DNA of 64,000 nt, taken from Diplonema japonicum. Lineage: Eukaryota; Protista; Euglenozoa: Diplonemea. A program made the translations under genes and the position numbers. The stretch spans positions 620,001 through 684,000 of the forward strand of contig OZ025658.1 in assembly GCA_964019335.1 (NCBI GenBank), written 5' to 3'. This document shows positions 1-12,667 of the stretch, in pieces; positions within the stretch are counted from its first letter, which is position 1; each line of letters begins with the position of its first letter. The notes under the pieces are model-generated. The model had not been told where the DNA came from and did no database searches. It worked only from the letters and a program-made list of their open reading frames with translations.

Positions 1-2
1 AC

Positions 3-3000
3 TTCGAAGAGATCGAAGGGGCTGGGGAGGAGTGTGACCTGAGCTGTCGGTGGAAAGGGTTCAAAGAAGGGGGCGAGGCAAGCTTGCAAAAGCGTGTGAA
101 GAACCTGTACCGTGTGATCTTGAGCTCTGCCCGTTTGCAGGGTGTTCGAAACCCCTCCATGCTCCCGATGGGGCTGGGTGTGTTCCTCTACAACGTGAAC
201 AAGGCGGACCATGATGGGGTTCGAGAAGCATACTTCCGTTCCCAGTACGAACTCCTCACGGAAGAGGATTGGGGTTTCGAGACCTACTGGTTGAACCCTG
301 CACAACATAGGGGATTCGCCGAGAAGATGCTTCGCGAAGGGATCGAGAAGGGGGAATTCAAATTCCACTGCAACTTGGTACTGCACAATAGGGATGCGAA
401 GTTTCTGGCTGTGGAACTCGCGAAAGAAGAGATGCGACCGGCTGTTCTGAACCCTTCCGATTGCATTGCAGTGATGCAAGGGCTCATCGGATACTACTGG
501 GAGATCGGGAGAGGTGACAGGTACGTTGGAGAGGAGGACTTCGCGGCGACATCCACAGGGATCCTTGGGAGGTGTGGGATTACTGACGCCTACACAGATA
601 TAAATAGATTTGTAGCAATTCAGGGGAAAGTGATAGGAAGAAAGGTGTCGGAGAAGCTAGCTGTGGAAACTGATGAAGAAGAAGAGGTGGTAGAGGGCTT
701 GGAGTGGGGGGAGGATCTCGAAGTGATCAGCACAGAGAACGTTTTCAGCGCCGTAATGTACGCGGGAGAGGTAGCGAAGCGAGAGATGAACGAAAGCAGG
801 GAGGAGATCATGGAAAAGCTGAACAGTTTCTTTTCGACGCAGAACAACACCTTCTCGTGGAACTCAACGTCTTCCTCCAACAACAAGGCAACCGTCATGT
901 ACCTTGCCTGTTCCGGCGGCGATCTGGAACTGGCAAAGATACTCCATTCAAAAGGCTGCCCCCTCGTCTCACAGTCCGACTCAACATGCATTCAAAAAAC
1001 CCCGCTTCACGGTGCGGCTCTGAACGGACACATCCAAGTCGTTTTTTGGTTGGTCCGTGTAGGACACCCTTTGAACCTCCTCACCGGAATAGGGTTATCT
1101 GTGTTTGACTGCGCTGCACGGTATGAAGGAAAGGCAAAAACTGCGGAGCAAGCATCGATGTGCCTAAAGATTTTGCGGGCCACACCAACCCAAGAGGTTG
1201 GTTGCACTGCGACCATACCGCAGGACCTAGACGACACGCAGCTTGAAAAAAGATGGTCGGAACAGCTGAGGCGAAAGGAAGAGCTAACGGATCTCCATAC
1301 TGCAGTTATACGCGGTGATCAACATGACGACGTGGAGCGCGTTCTGCGAAAAGCGAAGCAAGGCGACCACACCTGCCAACAAATGGTCGACTGGCAAGAT
1401 CGCAACGGTTGGACCGCGCTGCACTGGGCCATCGTCACGGGGAACGACAGGGACCTTCAAACCTTGCTCGGCGCCACCGACGCCTCGATGCGTGCAAAGG
1501 TAGACGTTGAAGACACCGATGGGTGGACCCCCCTCCACTGGGCAGTCCTCCTCTGCCGAGAAAACCCTGTCAAAATGTTGTTGTCGCAGAATGCCGAACG
1601 GACGAAACCGTTCATGGCGTTGATACACGGGCAGTTTGTAGGGTCCGTGTGGGAGGACGCCGTCAACCCCTCCAGGTACTCCTTGAAGATCACTGCTGAG
1701 ATAGGGAAACCGGAGATAGGCGCATGGCGGCACTGTGCGAAGACTAACGACACACCTTACCCAACGTTGATGCGGACTTTCAAAGGGACACACGTGTTTA
1801 AGGATGGGGTCGTGAGCATCATACAACTTGAGATGGCGGTGCCCTACAACTGCAAGCACGAGAACAGTTTCTCCTCTTCCGTATCGGTCTCAGAAGGGGC
1901 AAACCTCATGTGGCGTGGCGTTTACGATTCACGACGTGGGACCGTCTTGAAAACCTGTCGTGACGGGAAAAGCACGTGCCAGCATGTCAACGAAAAATGC
2001 ACTGCATGCGGGTGCCGCGATGTGTTGCCTGGAGGGCTGCGGCGATCGAGCGTAGCAGTCTACGCACAACGCGGCAAGGGACGCTCCACCGTGCTGCACG
2101 TCGCTTGCACGGCCGCAGATGAAAACATAACCATGATGCTCGTCGGCAACCCTGCACGTCTCCGTGATAACAGGCACCGCAAGTTCCTCACCGCCTTGGA
2201 CAGGAACGGTGACTCCGCTTATACCATCGCCTTACGCCATATGCGGAGGGACGGGAAACAAGTCGCGGGAATGCCTCTGTTGCGTAAAATGCTGGGGCAG
2301 ACCCTTAAAGCTTCCCCCGACGACTGGACCCCACCCCTCCCCGAATGTTGTCAGATTTGCAGGCAGGCTTTGCGGTGTAGCGAGCAGCTAATCCCCGCAC
2401 AGCTTCTTATCCGATCACCACGCGCCCCGCAGATCGACGGAATCTACGACCGGCTAGAACATACTGGGGCCAACGGGTGGCCGGAATATACGCAAGTGAA
2501 GTCCCGCGGGAGAAGGCATACCCTCAATGCAGATGAACAGGGCAGGTGGAGGGTGGTGTTGGAGGGAAGCTGCACACCTATTTTGGTATCGGAACCGCAC
2601 TGCGGGATGCTCCCGCAGAATGTTCAAAAGTGGAGCCGAAACATAGGAAAGGAGCAGCCCGTGTTCGAGCCGACCGCACCGAACTTCACAGTGGAGGCGG
2701 CCGGCGAGGATGGAACGTCGATACCCTTGGAACACAGCTCGCTCAGCTGGTTCATGACCGTCCGTGCACGATGCTCGGACGCTGTTGCGGTGCACATTCA
2801 AAGCATCATCACCCCGAAACCAGAACCAAGTGACATAGACGATTTAAAACACAGTTGGAAGCACGCGGTGCTGAACGCCTCCGTGATGCCCGGGTCGAAG
2901 GGGGAAGGCGACCCTCGGTACATCGCACAGTCGATGTCGTTGCTCCGAACGGCTTTCAAGGAGTTCGGCCTCAGCGACGAGGATCTGACGAAAACAGGAG

Positions 3001-6000
3001 AGATGCTTTCCAACACGGCCTTGCATTGCTCCGCGATATTCGGGCGGACACACTCAATCAGGTCGCTTGTCAACGAATGGAACGCAGCACCACAGGACGC
3101 TCATATTTCAACGGCCGTTCAGTGGGAGCACTTGGAAGAAGCCACCGAGCTTATAAGGTTGCTCAGAGCAAGAAGAGACGACCCTCACTTCCAACCGTTG
3201 AACAGGTTCAGCAACGCGCATCTCGTCGACGGGACCATCAGCTACGAGACGTTGCCCAGCCTCAAGGAGCTCATGTTCTGCAACGAGGAGAACGTGGTGC
3301 ACAGTTCTGTGTACCTAGATGTGGTCAACGATCTGATGGTCGTGCTGAATCGGAACAAGGTACAGACTTGGAAGGAGACCCCCCGCACACAGCAGGACAC
3401 TCTCAGATACCTTCTCGGTGTTGGCGCCGTTGACTTTCCAGAGCTACTCAGCTCACCAGAGATACGGCGGTCACTCGATGGGTTCAATTTCGGTAAAACC
3501 CCGCGGTCCCCTGAACTGTATCTGTCTCTCTGTAAAATCCTGTCGTCGAAAGAGCCACAGCATGCTTTGAGCACAAAAGGATGCAAAGGGCTCGGCAGCT
3601 CGTGGTTTCCGTCTGGGTTTACAATCTCCGACATCGCCTTCACGCCCGAAGGCTACGTCACCATGGAGTACCCTTTGCACCAAATCCTGTTAAAATCGTA
3701 CGATCTAACCGGCGCTGCCACCGACCCCGAGGTGGAGTACCTGAACAAATGCCGATCGCTATCGTTGGAGTGCGTGAAGCACATCAATAACAACGCTGAC
3801 AGGGAAGACTACCAACATCTGGCCACGTTGATCCCCACCGGCCCCGAGGGGGTGCTTCTGCTCGACGTGGTTCCGAAGAGCTTCGTGTTGGGCTACTTCA
3901 CCATGGCGACGGGAATGCGGAAAACAAAGGAGGTGGACCTGGTGGATCCCGATTGGAAGCTTTTGCCTATCGAAATCGCGATCGAGCTGAACATGTTGGA
4001 CGTCCTCGAGGCGATCCTAGAGGGTGGTGTCGTGAGCCCTGAGGGCGTCGTTGTCTGCACAGATATTAACGGAGAAACAGTGAAATTTCGACCTTGTAAA
4101 GACATTTGGTTTCCGTGCAGTGCAGAGTACGTCGGCACGAAGGTAAATTGGAATAAAAGGGAGCGGCCCCCGTTGCTCCACCGCGCGCTTGACAAACTCG
4201 TCCGGGTCACCACACCCGATCACCACCCAAGCATTGTGGCAAGCCTTAACAGTAAAGCTGTGGGCGGGATCCCAGGAGAAGGCTTTACAACACCTTTTGT
4301 GTGCTGTGGTTTGCAGGACACCCTGACCACCGCATCGCAGCTGTCTCCGCGGCAGAGAACAGCCCGGAAGGTTGTGTCCACGTTGTTGAGCTGCAAGAAC
4401 AAGCGGGCGAAACTTGTAAAACAGTCATTCAGCGACCATGATGTGGACTGGGCGGTCCTAGCCCCGCCTCAAGAGGGCACGAACAAGGATCCCATTCACT
4501 TAGGGCTCTACTTCGATAGGGTTGGGCTGTACGCAATGAGTAGAGCAAGATGGTATACAAGGTCTGTGGAAGCAGCCGCCTCTGCTGTTGTCGTCGCGCT
4601 GATACTGGTAACCAGCGACCTCCCTACCATGCCGGACAATGATAATACCTGCAACGTCCTCAACGAAAACCCACCCTCGCCGCCGACAACTACTGTCCAA
4701 GACCACTACGAGCTCGGACTGGCCAAGCTATTCCAAACCGCCCCATGGATCGGTGACCCGTGCTTCGCGCCTCTTCTCTCCGATCTCATCAAACAACATC
4801 CTTACTCTTCCATCACACGGCTTGAGCTTCAGTTCGTGCAGTCTGCCTCACCAATATTCATCGAAAAACGGCATAACTGGAAACGTTCACTCCGTCACGT
4901 GGAGGGCATCAGGTACAGCATGGAACCTCCGGGGGAACAGACGCTTATTACGGATTCCGGATTGTCTTTGCAGCATTGGTTGTCGTTGTTAAACTGCGGC
5001 ACGATCCTGTCCATGGTGACACAAGAGATGCATGACCCGTGCGTAATAAAGACAAAACGGGGGGACTACGCACCAGCGTATTTGACACGAAGCTCGTACT
5101 GTGCCGTGCACTACGCAGCGTACTCGGGAAGCCACGAGTGTCTTGTACTGTTAAAACAACGAGCAGGATTGGACGGAGGCGCGCAAGCTGTGGACGAGTT
5201 CGTGAACTATCAAGTGGGGTGCAACTGCCACGCGGGGAACAGGTGGCAAGACGTCCAAGATTTACAGATACACCACACAGAGCTGCTGGTCACAACCGGC
5301 GACTCAGCCATGATGGTGTCCTCGCAGTTTTCACACCTCCTCATAACGGAAGAGTTATTACGTTCTGGTGCGAGAACGGATCTAACGGACCATGAAGGGT
5401 CGGACTGCCACGACGTGGCTGTAGCGTTGTTGTACCGACACAGTTTGCAAGCACCGACAGAGCATCACAAGGAGGAGTCTGCGATTCTGAACAGGCAGAT
5501 CGAGACCCTGAACGCGAGCCCGAGCATCATATCGAAGCTCGAAAGCTTCGCGTCTAAACACACCATCGTCTCCGCCTTCTGGTACGTCTTGTTCCTGATC
5601 ATGCTAACCGCAGTTGTTCTAAACTCAACAGAGAACAACGGTACACAGTACCGCGACAGATATTGGGCGCTCCACTCCATGATCACCACGATCGGTAATG
5701 CAAAGGTACCGCCTCCTGAAGACGCGTTGGGTCGGCTGTACTCATACCACGACACACTCTACGATATTGAATCTTTGGTAGACGTTCAGCGATGGTTGAA
5801 CGCAACGCTTGCCAGCGTGCTGTTATTAAACAAACCGTTTTCACGCGGGGGAGAGTGTTTTGAATCTGGGTTGCAAGGTGTGTACAGCATCGTGGGCGCA
5901 GCACGTTTGAACATAATACGAACCGGGAAAAGAGTATGTTCCTACGCAGGACCGCCAGACTGCCCAGGATTCGAAATCGACGAAAGATACTGTTGGGGCG

Positions 6001-8025
6001 ACCTGGACAACGGTGTGAACAGGACCAGCCCAGCGTACTCAGAATGGTATCCGAGCCTTCGATACCTCTCGCAGAGAACAGGGTATTCGTACAAGTCAGG
6101 CGAAGGTGAATATTACGACCTCACCAATGACAACACTGCCCTGTTGAACATGGTGACGAAAACCGAGTTTTTAGACCCGTCGGTGAGGTTGGTCGGGATC
6201 TTCGGTAACTACTACAACCCGGCTCTTAATATTTACATTTCAACGACAATAAGCATCGAACTGCTGCCGCAAGGGCTGGCGGTACCAGGGATATCAGTCG
6301 ACACCTTTCGGTTGCAAGAATGGGCGTGGGACGCTAATGGTGTAACATGGTTCATCTTGGAAATGCTTATGTTCTGCTTCACGATCGCGTACCTAACAGA
6401 AGAAGCCATCGACGCAATGGGCTCGCTGCAGATTATCGGGGAACAGTTGAGCGGAGTTGCAATGCAGATGAAAAAGCAAGGTATTTTAGGTGCCGATGGG
6501 AAATTTGAGCAGGAGGAAGACCGTTTAATCGTGTCGATCGAGGGCCGAACGGCAGCGGTCGTCCCTTGTCGATGCAAGGCGTGCACGGGTACGATATCAG
6601 GAGGGTTCATACAAACGATACAGTCCCTGACGATGCATTTTATAACCGCTTTTCGAATTGTGGTTGCGGAACTTATGTCGCATGTGCTGTCGAACTGGAA
6701 CTTCATCGACATTCTGATCGCTGTGCTGCTTTGTGTAGCTGCGGTGCTTCGTCTGCAGATAATGTACTTGTCAAGAGACCTTCCGCCGCAACAGGTTTTG
6801 TCCAACCAGACTTTTTTCAACACGGATATTCTAACCCTCGCACGCTCCACGTCTGTTCTTCACCAATTGTACGGCCCTGTCATTTTGCTTGCTTGGATTA
6901 AAATTCTCAAGCTTATTATCATCGTTCCAAAAATCGGCCCTGTCGTCGGGGCGATCATCAAAACCATGGCGAACATAAAAGTTGTTCTTTTTTTTCTGCT
7001 CTTCATCGGGCTTCTCTGGGCGTTCATTCTTGCTTTTCACGTAGGGGTTGGTGCCAAGCTGGAGGCGTATAATTCAATGTGGAGCTCGTTCTACCACACC
7101 ATTTTCATCGTGCTGGGTTATTACCCGTCTGAGGAGAGCTTTCAAAAGATGAAGGAAACGGACAGGGTGTTGGGACCATTGTTTCTTGTGCTCCTTCTTG
7201 TGTTCGGACATTTGTTGTTTCTTAACATTCTTATCGCAGTTGTTAGTGAGGTGTACACCAAGGCAATCGAGGTCACTAATCGTGATTGGTCCACAGAGAT
7301 TTCATCAATGTACAAATACTATGTTTGCAGCACGTTTGATCCGTCCTCTCAGCAGTTTCAGCAGTTTTTCTTCTGGTTCCGGCGGTCGGGCACCGTTGCG
7401 TGCCTGTCAATCTCGCCGGGCAACCCCAAGATTAAAACCCCCGGCACGCACAGCCTTCCATGGTCCACAGTCTCCCCCGCCATGCAGGCCACACACCGTG
7501 ATATGCAGCGCATTGAGAGCCTCTCTATTTCTGATGTTGACTCGAACATGCGGCATGAATTGCATCTTCTTTGCTCGCAGGTGAAGGAGCTAGAGAGAAC
7601 CCTTGACGGAAAGGCATCTGGTTTAAACGCGTAGGAAGGGGGAAAAAAGTAAAAATTTAATTTAGATTTAGAGTTTTCTTTTTCTAGAGATCACAACGGG
7701 GAAGCAGTACACTGTGCCCACAGTGGAGCTGTTGAAATCGAACGGAGCGTCGGGAAAGGTCCTAATGGATGCGATACATCTTAGGACGTATTCAGAAGTG
7801 CACAGCAAAGAGTGGGAAGAATGCTTTCCCCGCCAACGCAAAGACAAGGGTACACACCCTTCGACATCTTGGGGGCCCGACCTACAACAGGAGACCACTC
7901 TTCTCCTCGAGCCAAACCCCCCCTACCTAGCACGACTCCAAGCAATGTTTCTCGCCCAGATGCCGTCCATCTCATCGCGACAAACAGCCACCGCAGGCAC
8001 CAAGACAGCAACCGCAGAACGGTGA
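3..8025 (+). CDS. Giant ankyrin-repeat + polycystin-2/TRPP-like cation channel (5' truncated by window edge)
   Basis: The frame is open from position 3, so the TTG at 84 is probably not the start. Ankyrin motifs include KTPLHGAALNGH, GWTALHWA, GWTPLHWA and CAVHYAAYSG. The C-terminal part has TM1, a large TOP-like loop (SIVGAARLNIIR, GNYYNPALNIY), SNWNFIDILI, KIGPVVGAI and S6 LFLNILIAVVSEVY. A predicted intron 7621-7687 (GTTTAA..TTCTAG) joins in frame to a last exon 7688-8025, which is the 7714 ORF. Confidence 0.85.
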
Positions 8026-8232
8026 CCGATTAGTGTGAATTTCTCCCTGAACGGTGAGCACCCACCCGCACACCGAAATTTATCAAATTTTTCTTTTTTT
8101 TTTTCCCTCCGTGGTTTACACCAAGGGGGGAAGAAAAAACACTGAAAAGTTTCTCCTTTTTTTTTTATTCACCGCCCAAGGAAGTTTTTTTTTTTGAAAA
8201 CAGGAAAGGCTTTGGAAAAAAAAAAAAATATA

Positions 8233-9358
8233 ATGAAGGTGTGGATGATAGTGTTGTTGCTCTGTGTGGTGACGGCCACAGGACACGGCGGGGAGGCGGA
8301 AGGGGGTTGTAAGACAATGCTCGCAATCCCCGACTGGATGCAGGAAGCCTACGACAAGGACCCGGTGTCCGTCTCAGTGTGCGCCAGTCTGTTCACAAGT
8401 TTTGTCCCGATCGTGATGCTGCTGTTCTGCCCCGCCGCGCCTTCTAGAGGGGTGCTCCATGCTCTGCTCGCCTTTGCTGCAGGCTCGCTTCTAGGCGACG
8501 CCATGCTCCACTTACTGCCTCACTCTCTTGAAGGCGGCCACGGCCACTCCCATTCCCATTCTCATGATCACAGCCACGGTGGTGCGTCACATGTGGAGAA
8601 AGGTGTTGTGATGGAATTTTTGGACGCAGCGCATGTGTCTGTTCCTCACTTGTTGTTTCTTGTCGGGTTGGGTTTGTTTTTCTTCATTGAAAAGGTGTTG
8701 AGGGTGTACCAAGGTGAAGGCGGTGGGGAGTTCCACGGACACAGCCATGGGCCAAAGCACACTGCCAATGCCAATGCAAGCACAGGCAAGAAGTCTATTC
8801 TGGGCACCGCAGCTGTTTTGAACCTGATCGCTGACACAACCCACAACTTCACAGACGGGATCACCATCGCAGCGGGGTTCGCAAACTCCTTCCCTGTGGG
8901 TATCTCGACCACCCTCGCCGTTTTTATCCACGAGATCCCCCATGAGGTAGGCGACTACGCTGTCTTACTCGGGTCTGGCTTTGGGAAGAAGGGTGCCATG
9001 CTCTCCCAGTTTGTCACCGGCCTAGGTAACCTTGCTGGGACGCTTCTCATGTCTTATGCTAGCAAATGGGTTGATGGGGCTGAAGCTTATGTCCTTCCAA
9101 GTATGGCAAAATGAGGAGGTGGGGTAATCGATTTTTTTTTCCCTTTTTTTTTTTTTTTTTTCAGTCTCCGCTGGAGGTTTCGTGTACATCGCAGCGGTCA
9201 GCATCTTGCCGGAGCTGCTCAGCTCGCAGGTTACGTTGAGCAGTATTTTGATGGAGATGGTATGTTCCCCCTTCGGGGGAAAAGAAAAAAAACCCCCCCC
9301 ATAGGTGCTCATGGCTCTTGGTGTGTTCTGCATGATCGCCATCGGGTTCATCGAGTAA
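8233..9358 (+). CDS. ZIP (SLC39, LIV-1/ZIP7-like) zinc transporter
   Basis: Signal peptide, AFAAGSLLGDAMLHLLPHS, His-rich loops, HNFTDG and HEIPHEVGD. Introns 9101-9164 and 9260-9304 restore the conserved end ISAGGFVYIAAVSILPELL...VLMALGVFCMIAIGFIE*. Confidence 0.93.
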
Positions 9359-9560
9359 AAAAGAACACAAAATAACACAAGAAAAAAAAAAGAGGTTTTA
9401 ATATAAAGACAAGGAGAGAGGGGGGGGAACAAGTGTCCTGTTACAACGTTATAATTTCCCTCACTTTTCTTTTTATTTTTAAAGTGTGGTTTTTTTTTCT
9501 CATCTATTTCTAAATTGGAATTCACTTTTTAGTACCAAAAGAAAAAAAGAAAAAAAAAAA

Positions 9561-10905
9561 ATGGAATACAGCAAAGCCTGCAGGGAGCTTCGCAGAACGG
9601 AAGCCTGCGTTCAAAACAGGTTGAAATCGATCGTGGCCGACAACCAATGGCTGAGGTGGGTGCTGGACAACTATGGCACAGACGAAGACGAGGTTAAGTA
9701 CCCGGTGATGTGCAACCTAAGGTGCGGGGAATGGTACGCACGCCCGGGAGAGTTCCAGGACTTCTGCCACTTCAAATCCACCGACGGCCACTACGGAACA
9801 TGGGACTTCTCTCTAAGCAGGCTGAACGTCAACGTTCTATCACTTGCAGAGCGACAGGGCTGCGTGGTGATAATAGACGCAACACGAAAGGGCAAGGTCT
9901 TCCCTGATTCATTCCTGCGAACAATTCCAATATGGTGTGCTGTAATAAACCGGATAAAAGGCTTCATCCCACGATCCGAAAAACTGTCCCACAAAGAAAC
10001 CCGATATTTCACCCCCAGCGAGCGCGACCAGGTCGACGCGAAAATACAAAAATTCATCGACAAAGCGATCCAAAGCGGGGTTCTGTGGGAGGAGCTCCAT
10101 CTATCCAAGCCGCTCCTCCCTCTTCATGTCTCCCGTGAAACAGATTTTTTAAAAACGCGTCCCGACCCTGACTACAACACATTGTTTCTTCTCTCTGTTT
10201 GTTCCCCTGAACCCGACCACAGGCTGTCCTTTACATATGTTCAAGGCGCTGGGGACGATCACCAATCATGGTCGAAAGGCCTCACTCCACAGCTGTTCTG
10301 GGAGAACGTGGACGCACTGCTGGAAGGTGGTCCTTTAGACTGTCTAGACACGATCGAGGGGATTCTTCAAACCGCCGAGGAGGCTCGGAAAAATAACCCA
10401 TCCACCGGAGTGGTCTTGTCGAAGGTGAACCTCGGCGATGTCGTTGTGTCCTTAGGAAAGGGTGTCTTTGCTGATGGTTGTATTAACATAATCGATAGAA
10501 TAGGTGAAGGTAAAGGGCCGATTTGTATAGATGGTCGGGTGACGGGAGAGGCCGGGCCTTGTCTGACTGTGCTGGTGCAGAACGGGTCCAAGAAGGATTT
10601 GGAAAAGGCGCTTCCGCACATTTTCTCGGCCGTAGCTGCCCGCACGGCCGATTTTCCGTCCGTCACAATCTCATGCCCCACCGGGACCGGGACGGCAGTG
10701 GCCGTGTTTGTCGCGGTTGTTCAGAAGTTCTCCCCGTCTGGATGGAGCATACCCTTTCCCGCAGCCCCTTTGGACCCTTGCATCGCTACAAAAGACGGAC
10801 TGCGTAAAATATTGGCTAAGGCCACAACCTACATCCCCGGAGCGTGCCCCAGCAGGAACGACATGAAACAGGTGAACCGATTTTTCATGTCGGACGGACG
10901 GCACT

Positions 10906-10907
<2 letters not shown>
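9561..10907 (+). CDS. RIT1: Initiator tRNA A64 2'-O-ribosylphosphate transferase (Rit1)
   Basis: NRLKSIVAD, NLRCGEWY, FKSTDGHYGTWDFSLSRLN, IIDATRKGKVFPDSF..TIPIWCAVIN, YVQGAGDDHQSWSKGLTP, and C-terminal PSRNDMKQVNRF. ATG follows an A-run. Confidence 0.93.
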
Positions 10908-10941
<34 letters not shown>

Positions 10942-11012
10942 TCCCCCTCAAAAATCTTTTTTCAAAAAAAAAAAACCTTAAAAAAAAAGACACACGGGGA
11001 GGGAAGAAAAAA

Positions 11013-12317
11013 ATGAAAAGGCTCCCCATTGCGGACAACAGATGTGCCCTTCGCAAGGCCCTCTCGGATCCTTTTAAATCCCCTTCTGACGTCTACGCGG
11101 GGATCAAGAAGGTGTGGAAAGGTGAGGTGTCGGGTTTGCAGCAAGCTGTGGGCACGGTACTCCCCACCGAAGGCGAGTTCGTGAGTGTGATGGAAGGGGT
11201 CCGCATGTTGGCAGTGGAAGGCGCTCTCCCGCATGAAGATTACCTAGAGGTCATGGACGAGGTCCCGGAAGGAGAAACGGAGATCAGCGTGTCCTACTCC
11301 AGACTGGAGGCTAGAACGCTATTGTCCATGTCGTTCTTTGGAGCAGTCCCATCGGTACCGATAAAAGACTTCCAATGCAGATGGGGTGAGATCTCCTGGT
11401 TTGGGCTATTCGCGAGCCCCGACTCAGTGTCGGTGGCGAGATTGGAATGCCTCCTCCACTACTTCAAAACAACGTCAGACCCAAAATGGCTTGAGGAGTC
11501 TGTGATCAAGCAGCCAATCACGTTTTACAGAGTGCGTGTGGACCCGTCCGCCGTGCCTTGGTCCACAGATGCCTTGAAACTGCCCGATGTGGAATTCTCT
11601 TCCAGCAACAGAATAGAGGACTTCACGTGTGCCGGCAGCCACGTAGATTTCGCGAACAAGAATTTGCAGATTCATAGAATCATCCCGTCGGCCACGCAGG
11701 AGGAGGTTTTGTTCTCGATCAGACCCGAGTTGATGCTGTGCATCTTCATGTATTCTACTCTGAAGGCGGAGGAAGCTGCTGTTTTCACTGGTGCATCGCA
11801 ATACTGTGAATACAGCGGGTACCTGTCCACCTTTGAATTTGAAGGTGGCGTGCAACCCGAAGCAAACCCCCCAGTCGTACTAGGCATTGACGCAATTGCC
11901 GCACCTGGACTACAGTACAAAACCGGTTTCATTAATCGTGACTTGGGCAAGGCATATGCTGGGTTTCTGCATGGTGTTCTAAAAGGCCCGAACCCTGTGA
12001 TCTCCACGGGTAACTGGGGCTGCGGTGCCTTCGGTGGCGATGTTACTTTGAAGTTCTTGCAGCAGCTGGTCGCTGCCGCTCACGCTGGATGTCCCAAAAT
12101 ATGCTACTCTACCTTCATGAACCCGAAGCTCGAGGCGAGGTTGGGGATGCTTAACAGCGTTATTAAGGAGAAGGGCTTGACGTCAGCTGATTTGTACAAA
12201 GCAATGCTTGACTACAAGGGGCAAACCAACACAAATCTCGGTCCTGAGGTGCTTGCGTACAACCTTCCGAAATCCGGATTTGAAGGTTACGCCGGTGCAA
12301 GAATAGCAGGCTGGTGA
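11013..12317 (+). CDS. PARG: Poly(ADP-ribose) glycohydrolase-like macrodomain protein with atypical catalytic loop
   Basis: RLECLLHYF, VDFANK...QEEVLFSIRPEL, YSGYLSTFEF, IDA, RDLGKAYAGF and ISTGNWGCGAFGGD..LKFLQQ. Confidence 0.88.
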   Translation: MKRLPIADNRCALRKALSDPFKSPSDVYAGIKKVWKGEVSGLQQAVGTVLPTEGEFVSVMEGVRMLAVEGALPHEDYLEVMDEVPEGETEISVSYSRLEARTLLSMSFFGAVPSVPIKDFQCRWGEISWFGLFASPDSVSVARLECLLHYFKTTSDPKWLEESVIKQPITFYRVRVDPSAVPWSTDALKLPDVEFSSSNRIEDFTCAGSHVDFANKNLQIHRIIPSATQEEVLFSIRPELMLCIFMYSTLKAEEAAVFTGASQYCEYSGYLSTFEFEGGVQPEANPPVVLGIDAIAAPGLQYKTGFINRDLGKAYAGFLHGVLKGPNPVISTGNWGCGAFGGDVTLKFLQQLVAAAHAGCPKICYSTFMNPKLEARLGMLNSVIKEKGLTSADLYKAMLDYKGQTNTNLGPEVLAYNLPKSGFEGYAGARIAGW

Positions 12318-12667
12318 GCCGTGGCCTTTTTTTTTTTTCTCTTTCTTCGAAACTGAGAGATACCTAGTACTGGTCATACTACGGCATGTTAATTTGAGTT
12401 TCTTTTTTAGTAGGCGATCCTGTCACATACTGCAGGTTCCCTTCAGAGACATCTTTTTTTCCCCCCAAAAATCTTATTTTTAGAGTACTCCAAATACTTT
12501 TGCGTTGTTATATTAAAGCCCCCCCCCCCTAGCCTAGCCTAGTGAAAAAAAAGGGTGGGAAGAGACCCGGCCCTTTTTTTCTTTCTTTCTTTTCCATCGA
12601 GGGTTTTATTATTCCACTTTTTTTTTTTTCCATTTCCCCCACAAAAAAAAAAAAGGAAAAAAAAAAA

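Noticed and set aside
7714-8025. Independent 103-aa gene
   Set aside because: GTG start; better explained as the in-frame last exon of the giant channel after intron 7621-7687.
12416-12439. CTGCAGGTTC complementarity to the 18S rRNA 3' end
   Set aside because: A 10-nt match to a ~2-kb RNA is expected by chance, and no uridine falls at the guide position.
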